In this document: one piece after another, positions 1 to 18,694 of the stretch
Layout: each line of letters begins with the position of its first letter
Position numbering within the stretch: position 1 is the stretch's first letter
Assembly (NCBI GenBank): GCA_030141605.1
Contig: JAQGDQ010002374.1
Location: 310,001 to 374,000 of the forward strand
DNA length: 64,000 bases
DNA from: Tubiluchus corallicola
Taxonomy: Eukaryota; Animalia; Priapulida
Reading direction: 5' to 3'
Position numbers and translations under genes: made by a program
Notes under the pieces: model-generated
The model's input: the letters and a program-made list of their open reading frames with translations, nothing else
Told to the model about the DNA's origin: nothing
Databases searched by the model: none

Positions 1-220
1 AAAAAGCATTTACCAGAAAGATTTCTTAACAGGAAAATCACGGTTACTTTTTAACTGCTAAAAGTTTGCTGTCTTAGTGGAATAAAGCTTTCGATTTCTC
101 TTTCTCTGTCTGGTTCTCCCTTGTAGTTCTTTCCCATTTCCCATCTTATCCCTCTCATCTTCTCCCTCTTTTCATCTCCCTCTTTTCTTCACTTTCTCCC
201 CCGTTCTATCGCCCTTATTC

Positions 221-225
<5 letters not shown>

Positions 226-266
<41 letters not shown>

Positions 267-270
267 GTCT
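226..270. repeat. (CT)n microsatellite within a pyrimidine-rich tract
   Basis: Direct reading; pyrimidine-rich from about 95 to 550. Confidence 0.9.
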
Positions 271-1226
271 TTCCCTTTGTCTTTGTCTCTTTCCCTCCCT
301 TTCTTCTCTCTTTCCATCTCACTTCTCAGCCCGCCCTCTCAATTGAATTTGAAGTGATTATGTGTAGCAAATGATACAATGCAAATTATGCTGAGAAAGC
401 AGTTTCTTATTCGTATTCGTATTCTCTCACCCGTTTTGTTCTTTCCCTACCCGGCATCCCTCCCTTTCCCTTTCTCTCTGTCATCCCCTCACTTTTTCAC
501 TCTTTGTATCTCCTCCCTCTCTCTCTTTCGGGTTTTCTCTTTCTGTTCTTCTTTAGTTATCTACAGGGCTTTGATTAATGACTAACAAAAATCAGATTCA
601 TTTCAAATAACGTATTGTTTAGGGTCAATCTTGTTTTTTTGTATTTCGTTTTGGGTTTGTTTTGAAAATTCATTGCTACAATTTAAGATTACTACTTTTT
701 AGGATGAAACTTTTCTCTCGGCGTAATTTGCATTGTATCACATGCTGCACATAATCACTTTAATTCACTTGGTTTTCATAAGATTTAAGATAATACTTGA
801 TAAATAATAATTATTAAAAATCAAAATACAAAGCTTTGCGAACGATACAGATTTGTTAATATCTTGAGGTCGACATATGCCCAATGAATTATGCTACTTC
901 GCTAGCAAGTTCAATAGCAAGATAAGCCTCTGAGATAAAATACTGAACAGGCAGAGATATCACAGTCACATTCAGATGCATGAACATCTCTAAACATCAA
1001 GAAATGATTCGGAATCACTGTAAAAGTACTATCCAAGAGTGATATTAATTTGCAGTTTCCCTACAAATCAGTTGCCCTGCTTTGTGCTGCTTAAAGTTGA
1101 TAATCAATTACTCGCCGTGAGTACTCACTATTGCGTTTATGCAAACTTCAACATGATTCACTACCTTATCGTTCTAACGTTGTAAATCTATGATTCATTA
1201 CATTTTCCGTGCATTTTATTTACCAG

Positions 1227-1273
1227 TTCTGGGAAATGGCAGTTTTTTTCTCGGAAGTAAATACTTCTGGCAA
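1227..1273. promoter_or_regulatory. Cluster of STAT/GAS-type sites
   Basis: TTCTGGGAA 1227-1235 and TTCTCGGAA 1248-1256 match TTCN3GAA; TTCTGGCAA 1265-1273 has one mismatch. Confidence 0.5.
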
Positions 1274-2540
1274 AGTGTACACCGTTTAGTGCTTTGATAA
1301 AAGCAGCTGACACTGGTAGTGAATATAAACAATTATTACAACACTGTTTGCAAAAGATCAAGTATTTGAATAAATTTAATCTAAAAAACTTTTTATACAA
1401 TTTAAAATCGTCAACTTAAAGGCGTCTTGTAGGAGCATAACTGAATAATTCATTAAAATATAAACCTGTACTTCCATTCTGCACTTGCATTAATATATCT
1501 GTACATAATTATAATAATTACTAAACTAAAGTGCTAAATTAACAATGCTTGTTCAGTAGCCGATGGAGATTTTGGAAACGATAGCGTAGGCACTTCTGTT
1601 AGTGGAAGGAATGCTTTCCCCATTTAAGTGACTTAAATTAGCCACAGGTTATCCCCGTACAATAAGACGGGGATGAGTAAAGCCCGGGCAAGGTTGTTGA
1701 TGTTGGGTTTTCCCTTTACACCAACCTAAGTATTCATAAGGCACAGGCATAGCGAAGCACAGGTATTATTGACACACATCAAGCGCCAGAAAGCACATAT
1801 CTTCAGTAACAAGAATACTGCACGTGCAGCTGCAAGGTAAGAATATTATACACTTATTAGTAGTAACGCGATAAGCTTATAAACTTAAATTCCTACACGA
1901 ACGTTAAAATTCAATTGATAGTTCGTACACGTTTACAGTATAAGTATTACATACGTATGTAATTTAAAATAGTTTATTGTGCTTTAAAATCTACATCTAA
2001 TAAACTTTTTCGCTTTCCGTGGCAAATGGCATTTACAATAATCTGAAAACTTTGAATTTAAAGTAAAATATTACTATACGTACGCACACTTACGAAGAGA
2101 GCACTAAAAGCAGCACAAATTTTCAAGTGGCGAATCGTATCAGTTTTGTGAACTCCAAAAAGTTCCTTTCCACTAGAAAACAGTTCAGTCACTTTCTCTA
2201 GTGGATCAGTACCAAAAAATGCACCGGCAAAGTAAAAAATACTTTATGGTTTGATGTAAATGTTGTAAAAACTTAGCATAAACAACTACGTTGATGTAAA
2301 TAAATGGTGACTATTTAGCTTCAACGCCAAAAACACAATGTGCCGAAGCATCTTCGTTATTATAGTCAGGTTTAATGTGACTTACATTGAACTTCATAAT
2401 ACAGAAAAGTTTGCTTCGCAAACCAGGCAGCGGGGATTAAACTCTCACTGTAAACCTTTTATTTGTTTTGTGTACATCTCCAGATTATGAGACCTTTTCA
2501 TGTGACTGATTGAAATTTACATTTATTCTTCCCAGATTAC

Positions 2541-2542
<2 letters not shown>

Positions 2543-2618
<76 letters not shown>
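2543..2618. repeat. (AT)n microsatellite
   Basis: Direct reading. Confidence 0.95.
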
Positions 2619-2620
<2 letters not shown>

Positions 2621-3024
2621 TCGTTATGGTATATAAAATGATGAAATTTCTGAAGACCACATTTTCTGCTTTTTACTGTAAATCATTGGGTGTTTAATAG
2701 GTTTGAATTTTTGAAATAGTCTGCGTTACTATATGCAGGTCTATAATTTCTGATATTAAATTTTTTTATAAAGTTGACTATTATAGATGACAACAATCCA
2801 GCTTTTATTTCTATCGTGAATATAGCTAGTTCAAACAATTTAATGATTTAGCGCTACCCGCGAGAGAACGTCATATCGCCTATTCCTAGATCTAGATAGT
2901 CAACTCAAAACTGATAAATCCCTTCTGTGTAAATGTGCATGTGCAATGCTGGAAGATTGTCATCAGTTGACATAACACCTGATAATACTCATTATGCCCC
3001 CACCTACATAAATGATAAAGCCGA

Positions 3025-3070
3025 CCAATGCCTATATAAGCCAGTCTTTGCGCTGAGGTTGCATCATTAT
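3025..3070 (+). promoter_or_regulatory. Core promoter of the 3-exon gene (TATA box plus initiator-like TCATT)
   Basis: TATATAAG at 3033-3040 with TCATT about 30 nt downstream (about 3064); CCAAT at 3025-3029. Confidence 0.6.
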
Positions 3071-3209
3071 TTCGTCATTCTGATTTCTTTGTGACTATAA
3101 TGTTGTCGATAATATCAGTGCAAGTATCAACGTCTATAGTTATTTTTTGACCAGGTTTAATAATTTTTAATTTGACAAAGGTTCCGTTTGAATATGAGAA
3201 ACAAGAAAC

Positions 3210-5161
3210 ATGTCGGGGGATAAAACTGCAGAAGAACAAGTTGCTCGTGGCAGTGTTGTAACAGTTGAAATGGAAGAGCCAACTACAACGAAAGACACGA
3301 AAATGATGCGCTTTATTGTGAGGCTGAAGAAAATATCGAGAAATGGATTTAAAACCTTTAAAAATTTGTTTAAATTCGACTTTAACATCTCTACCGTCTT
3401 GGTGGTATTGTTGACAGTTTTCATGCTAAAAAATGACGAGAAGGTGCCGGACTGTAATCATTGGCATAACCACGTGACTCATCATTTCAAAATGCCTGCG
3501 ACAGTCAAGAAACTAACCCAGTGTGAAACTGTGATCATGCGGGCTCAAGCTGTTCGGTTCAAAGCTGAAGAAGTCTCGAACGAAATTCTGCCAAAGGTAC
3601 ACATATTTTGTATATATTTTACTTTATACTTTATCGACCATATATAGTCACATATTAGATCATACATAAATCATTCTATAGTCTTAGACAGTAAGGCAGA
3701 TTGTTAGACAGATATATGAAGTACAATTATTACTGAAATCTAGAATACCATTATGTCAGCAATGAAGGTGTGACCTTTTTCCACGTTAAATAGCGACGCA
3801 GGACAATAAATGGCAACTCACACAAGTTAAAAATACAAACATCAAAAACAGTCGCAGAAGTAAGCGAGCATACATAATGTTGCATACACATAAGCTCAAC
3901 GTCTATAACTCAAAAAACTATAACGCACGAAAACAAAAGTAACAAATTGTATCAATATTATATATACAGAATACGCCTACCATCCATAGTCCATATTTAT
4001 TTTAACTGCTAAACTTTCACTGTGATGTCTAAAGGTTAGAAATTGAGTAGGCCTATCTACAAGTTAAATTTGGGCATTAGAACTTGTGGTTTTCTTACGT
4101 TTGAAACACTTGTGCACGTTCATCGTTTTGTGACTAGAAAGTCTGAAAAGCGGCGTGATCAATGACAATATCTGTCACAGCAATCACGCGAGAACAATAA
4201 CAGGTCAAAATTAAGTTTCAGATTGCAACTACACTGATGTGTAGAGAGCTATCTCTCGCAAGAGGAGCGACAAAATTAACTCTGGGTTGTCTGTGTATAA
4301 TTAAAAATCATTTTTTCAGTTGGGATTTGAATCTCATCCAGGATATGATTTGTACCCAGGACTGATCGCCGACGAAGGATTTCCATCTCCGCCAGACATT
4401 GATTCAAACTGGAGCGTATGTTGATTGATTAATGTACAAAATTAATATTTTCGATAGACTGCATTGGCTAGAAATGTAGGCTTGTTTGTTCTTATTGGCG
4501 CGAAAAATATTCGTATCGACGGCGGTTATCTCAATACTGTATTTAAAAATGCCTACATATGTGCTTACCTTTAGCCAACTACGGCTTTTTGTTAGTTGTT
4601 TTGTAGTATACATATACTCATATTCATCAAACAAAATAGGGCAAGTTCAAAAAAGCTTAAACTAAGAAAACATAGAAAATATAAAAATAGAAGTTATTTC
4701 TTTTAATTTTTTTAAGTTTTAAAATTATTTCAAAATTAATTATTTTAGCAATGTAATCACAGGCCATAATCTGCGCGTATCACTAAGTTTTACAAGAATA
4801 CCTAAACTAAATGAATTTTTATTTATAGGCTTTCGAAGTGGTGGATCTCGTTTATAAAAACACCACAAACATCTTGGAATTTGTGACTGAAGCGGCTGAG
4901 TCTTATGAGGGGTTTGATTATTCTCTAGTCTACGTCGTAGATGAGATTAGGAATTTGATCGCCTTGGTATTTTTCACCTCGGAAGCCATTACGGGGCAAG
5001 TAGTGCAGAAGTTTGACGCTGATGTTACTCCCAAGAGTCCGGTCAACCCATCAGAATTTGATTTTCGAACGTATCAAATGATGAGAAATCTCATGAGCTA
5101 TATGACTTTTGTTCAAAATGTTTATGATAAAATAAACAAAAATGAAATAGTTTCGGCCTGA
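3210..5161 (+). CDS. Uncharacterised 3-exon gene, 271 aa; candidate long-chain four-helix-bundle cytokine with an N-terminal hydrophobic signal/anchor
   Basis: Exons 3210-3596 (AAG|gtacac), 4320-4415 (ttttttcag|...AGC|gtatgt) and 4829-5161 (ttatttatag|GCT...TGA) join in one open frame with both introns phase 0. TATA box upstream and AATAAA downstream. The gene model is well supported; the cytokine identity is inference from helical pattern only. Confidence 0.75.
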
Positions 5162-5235
5162 TTGTTGTTTTTTGATAGCACGTGTAAGTACCTTAATCAA
5201 AGTATTGGCTACCTAATTATCCCAGTGATTTTGTT

Positions 5236-5280
5236 AATAAATGTTATTCTCGTTTTTTGGTTTGTTTTGTTTCTTTTTTG
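5236..5280 (+). terminator. Polyadenylation signal of the 3-exon gene
   Basis: AATAAA at 5236-5241 followed by a GT/T-rich downstream element at about 5253-5280. Confidence 0.5.
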
Positions 5281-6195
5281 CTTATATCCATATGTAGCAT
5301 ATATATTATAAGGACTATAATAATATATTTATATGACTGAGCACGTCTAATGCATTGTCTTATCGTATTTTGATATGTCCCTATAGTTTTTAACAATGTA
5401 CACGTAATTATATTAAATTATATTAATACTTCCTTATTTATTTGTAATTCATTTGTATGATTCAGAAATACAGCGTTTAATGAATTACTCATATTTATTT
5501 AAATTCGCAGATGCACGTCTTTTAAGCCTATTTCGTGACTAGGGCCTATATATAACACGAAAACTCATGGTGTCTAACCTCAAAGACAAAGTATAAAATG
5601 AAATTAAAAACTTAAAAGTTAATGGATTATTTAAGCTTAGTATGTACGAGTGTCTCAGGACAAGTAGTTTTGCTGCTAAATTTTGCTGACAGCTATCATG
5701 TTCAGTAATGATTTTGTAATTTATGTATATAAAACTCATAGATATGTAATGTTGGGCAATAAACTGTTTACCTATGTCACGCTATAGTTTTCAGTCTCTG
5801 TTGTTTTGCACGTGTTTTTATCATGCAAGCCAAGTCCCACACTCAGAAGCAATGCTATCACATCGGCATCACAGATAAAGTAGCAGACAATTTTTAGATG
5901 GCTACCAGTTAAATTTGTTTACTAAATAGACCCAGCACTGCTTAAGTTTACAACCAAGCACGCACTGTGGCAACTCATGCAGTTGTTTTCCTCGTTTTAC
6001 TACGATGCTACTTTATCAGTTCATTTAAAAAATTCATATGGATATCGCTTGCTGGAATAGTTAGCTTTACAAATGACAGATAAACTGAATATATGACATA
6101 GTTAACAGCTTCGAATAAAGTATATCCCCGAAAATCTGATGGGTAAAGAATTTATAGAGCAATAGGTAAAGAAGGTTAGGTCATAGAGACAGCTA

Positions 6196-6449
<254 letters not shown>

Positions 6450-6884
6450 GTTGTAACTTGGTGTATTATGTTTTTAGTACTTTACGGGGAAAACGCAGAA
6501 GCTACCAATTATTTCAAAAATGAGAAAATTACAGTTGTTATGCGTTTATAAGAGATTGTCGCGAATTTATCTTTTTTTTTCTACAAAAATCAGTAATAAT
6601 GAAGACCCTTTGAAAACATTCCAATTTCTCTTAGAATGGTACGATGGAAACAATTGATTTGCTGAAGAGAAGAGATTGTCATCCTTCGGAGATTATCAGC
6701 CTCTTTTACCGTTACTGAATCAAAGATTCTTACTAAATTTTCACGGCTGAGTAAACTCTGGCTTCTTCTAACGTGCGTGAAATTTCTTTGCAAAAGTGGT
6801 TGGTAGATGGCAGCACATTCCTTCTCTACAGCGTTAACTTTCGCGGAAAACGCGAATTTCATAACAAGCAATACTCATAGAAAG

Positions 6885-14368
<7,484 letters not shown>

Positions 14369-16263
14369 GAGCGTTTTTACAATGACGTCAGTATTTTCGA
14401 CCAAATCCTCAAGATATTTACGACCCATGTTTGTTTTTAATGCGGAGCGGGGATGCGATTGTTATGCTTTTTTGTGATATGTGCTGTGGTAGTAGGTAAC
14501 ATGTGATTGAGTTTTTTCTTATAACGTGGAATTGTTTGCTGTTTAAGTTTATCGTGGAATAAAACAGTTTTACTTCTTTCTGTGAACTGTTGCTGATCAC
14601 CAATGACAGCAGTTTGCTATGGATAGCAGCAACTGGTTGTAAATTTCCTGTTAATAGCATCTGTTAATAGAAACTAGCTTAATGATACAGTAAAGTACGT
14701 ATAACTCGAATTCTTCCGTATCTCAAACAGATCTCCTGGAACGGATTTTCTCTTTTGTTTTTCCCTTAAACAAGCATTGCGTAATTTGAACCAAATTCCC
14801 GGTACAATTCTTAAGAATTTGATTGAAATTACCTCGCCTGTCTTGAACAGCCTCCCAAGCGAGAAATTCTACGTGAAAATGTAGACTTACTGCCACATTA
14901 TGATTTTAACTGTTAGTTTCAGCAAAAATACTGCAAAGATTTCTTGTATTACCTTACTTAACGAACGTGATTTAATGTAGGTCACAACATTATTATTGCC
15001 GAATTTTATCAACCATGTTAATCAGGCTACAGTAGAGTGGACCAGTCATTGTATTTTTGGTTATTCATAAAATTATTGTTTGTTACTTGATCAAAGGCTC
15101 AGTTTATCATTTTCACTGGTTGTTGTGTTACTAGTGTATTGTCCGATATTCTTTATTGACTTAATCTTGTTTCCTGATGAACATCGTCTAAACGTTCACA
15201 TAACTTGAACAAATTTTCCGGTGCGGAGGTGTTCAAGTTATACATAGGTTATTGTATGTCCATACATTCATTTGTCTTTGGCAGTTATTGCATTAATATA
15301 ATAATTAAAGATCCGTTACTATTCGTTTTTAGTTTGTGAATTGTTTAATACTAACACATATCTTATCAAAAAGTCATAGTAGGTTTACTGATCAAATGAC
15401 CTTGGCAGGTTAAAAGAGGGTGTTTTTGAAATTTTTAAAATACAGTATTATTGGCTAGCAGTGCTCTAATTTGTTTGAAAGATGTGTTAGTAGGAAGGAA
15501 GATTTGCAATTTAAATAATTAGAGTTCATGCCTAACAAGCTACCGCAACATCAGAAGCTTACGATACCAGTTTGCATCAGTAGCACAGAAATTAATGTAA
15601 TTTGTTTGTATTAAATCAGTAACTTGCTATTTTTTACAATGGTAAGTTTATTAAAAATGCTCGTTTTAATTTTTAACAGATCTTTGGCATCATGTTTTAT
15701 CATAATACAAAGTAACAGAAACTCATTATTTACAAATTGAATAGTTTTCGGATAGAATGTTTGTAGGCACACGACACTGATTTTCCCACATTTTCTTACA
15801 TTGATGATATTTGCGTCGTCAAAATTCTAGTGCAACTGCAAGTGTCCAATTATTTCACTATCATAAATGTTTGGCAAAACACGAAAATTTAGCATTGCAT
15901 TGCATTGTTGTTTGTAAATTTGGTTGATATCAGCGTGTACAAATGTTGAAAAAATCCAGTCTGAATTGAATTGTTTTGATGTGCATAGTGTGAAACAGTA
16001 ATTCAAAGATATAATCTGCAAATAAAGTTTTTAAACAAAAAAATTACTTTGACAGCTTTTTTGGTTATTCACCAAAAATTACAATATATGGCAATGCTGA
16101 CTATTTTTTCTTACCCAGTATACCCATTGATGTATTACAGTAATCTACATAGCAATGCTGATATTATACTTGAGGTGAAACATTTTACAAATTTGGACAT
16201 GCCTAATATACTATTTTCACGCTTCATAAAATTATATCAACCTTCCGCCTTGTTTCCTCTTAA

Positions 16264-16820
16264 CACTTTCACTACGTAGTTGCTTTTAACTGGGCCGCAT
16301 TGGCTTTTGTACTTCTTGTGGTGTGTTACTAAAACAGAATCTTGTAAATAAATAAATAGCCATTTGTTATTAAACATTAATTCTGAATACTAGTTTTATT
16401 TATACGCATGGGTACACATATATGCCCTCATGCATGCACTCACGCGCACACCCACACAAATAAGCACATATTTAAATTTAGAAGCCAATTTACACAAAAG
16501 TTCATATTAGTAATCCATAATACGCAATTATTTTATCAGTATGCAGAACAAGTGACTGTCATGAAATTTTGCATGAAAACGTTCTACACAGTATTTGGAA
16601 TGCACCTGGCTTCAGATGCTGATTGGCTAGTTAGCCTTACTTGTTGCGACGCAACCACAATCTCTCGGCTGTTAAACTTTTCTACAATGTTTTTGCATAG
16701 CCGTAGCTGCGAAATCATGGGTAACTGCGCTTAGTGCTGACCTAGGGCGGCACTCTGCCGCCTTCCGTCCTTTACAAGGAAAACATAGGCGGCACTGTGC
16801 CGTCTTCAGTAGTGAAAGAG
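16264..16820. mobile_element. Possible piggyBac-like MITE remnant
   Basis: TTAA followed by CACTTTCACTAC on the left, GTAGTGAAAGAG on the right (11/12 inverted match); internal GGCGGCACT(C/G)TGCCG repeats near the right end; right TTAA absent. Confidence 0.35.
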
Positions 16821-18694
16821 ACCCTATTTTTGAATATTTTCTGCAGTTTTGTGTGTAGAAGGGAATGAATCCGTACTAACTATATACTCATATCATTTGA
16901 CAGTATGCTCAACAGAAACTTAATAACAAAAATAAATGACAATGAAAGTGGCGATGACAATGATAATGATGAATGCAATTACTGTATTGTATTCTTAATT
17001 GATGTACACTCCATCTTTTTACTGTTGTCTGTCAAAGCATTATTGATAATAACAACGATTAAAAAGATGACGGTGACTACGATCAAGATGATAACTGCAG
17101 TGTTTATGCTGATCACAGCTGTTCAACGTGCAATTTTCATTTCCCATGCTTTGCAGAGCCTAATTATTATTTCTCAACATTGTAGATCCAGAAAAGTGAA
17201 TCAACAAAGGCTAATTAAACACAAAAACACAGCAGGTAAAATCTATAAAAGTGCACACATTTTATTTTATAGACAACAGGCATTTTAATGCATAATAAAC
17301 AAGTTGGCGATAAACAATTTGTGTCTGTGTGCTCTGACAGTTATTTTAATACAAGACAGTGGTAATCACTAATCAACAGATTTTAAAGATACAGTAACAA
17401 GTGTTTAACACTAAATGAAGATATCATTTACAATTTTAGTATTTAGAAATCATAATATTCTATGTTTTGATGAAGCCGCCTATCAAACAGTTGACAATGA
17501 TATGGTTTTTATAAAGCACTAATATCACTAAATAACTGGAACGAATTTCTGAGTAAAATTTGCTTAATCTGAAAATGAAAATCAGCACAATCCATTTCCA
17601 ATGCTAAATTTCTCCTCTTCAATGCTACAATTCCATAACGCCCTTAACAAAGTTTTTGTCAGTTATTGTTAAATTACAGACGTTTCTTCAAAATTTTAAT
17701 CAAATTTTTTTAGCCACGATTTGGTTTTACAGAATAAAATGCAATATTTTGGTGACAAGTTCTGATAAAGAAGACAGATTACTCCCCAATCTTACTTTTG
17801 GACTTGAGCATTTGATAAACATATCATTATTAAAGTTAATGACACAGTAACGAACTGCATTAATAACATCTTAGTTTGTCCGTGGGGGTCTTAGCATCAC
17901 TGAAAAGAACAAGACATTGAACTAAATCACGGCTAAAATATAATGCTAATGAACAATAAACTAAATAAAAATCACAACACAAAACTATGCAATTACCCGA
18001 TTTGTATACAGTTTTGGCATAATTTTTTACAGGAATACTTTACCGGTGCGGCCTTCCTTTATTTACCAATAAATTACGTACAAACAGATTCACCAAAATA
18101 ACAATATAGTAAACATGTAACCGTCTCAATCACTTTTAGCTAGATAACGTAATGTCACGATTGTCTACGATCTAGCGGTACTGTAAATCAAGTTAGCTAA
18201 ATAAGGTATTTACATAAAATTTGCCCTAACTTAGATGGTGCTAAGTCCACTATGATATAAATGCTATCTTGATAAACTAGCTATCTATAAAATTACAGTT
18301 TAATGAAATGGAAAATATATTAGATTGGTAACAACAAACCTACCTACTCTGTAATCATGTTCTTTGTACATTTTAGTTATAATTTACAGCATATTCACGT
18401 TTCATTTTAGACGTTTATACAAAATTTTAGACCCTCTTTAATTTAAATACTTCAGACACAAAAGGGTCAGGCAATGTTTCGAATCTTACAAAATAAAATA
18501 TTCAGACCATAATAAAATGCCAATTTCAAAAAAAAATGCCCAAGAAAAACAAATGCACAATATTATAATCAACATAATTATTAGTTCTCGTTATATTATC
18601 TCACAATAATAATAATAACAACAACAACAAATAACAACATTATTATTATTAATTACTATTCACAATTTCTGTACAAAACGTACTAAAGCCAAAG

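Noticed and set aside
1668-1692. GGGGATGAGTAAAGCCCGGG resembles the 3' motif of bacterial ykkC/PRPP riboswitches, and a PRPS gene lies downstream
   Set aside because: The 5' CUAGGGUUCC core is missing, the motif is 5 kb from PRPS with another gene in between, and the context is animal; treated as coincidence.
6807-6884. In-frame upstream ATG extending PRPS by 26 residues
   Set aside because: The conserved family start MPNIKVF is at 6885 and the extension has no recognisable features; it may lie upstream of the TSS.
15200-15241. 12-bp perfect hairpin downstream of the PRPS stop as a pre-miRNA or 3' UTR element
   Set aside because: Too short for a pre-miRNA, and the ATAACTTGAAC arms look like a Tigger-type subterminal repeat remnant.
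16905-17288. 127-aa ORF between PRPS and CBP
   Set aside because: Low-complexity GAT/AAT-rich sequence with no homology cue or splice context; probably non-coding.
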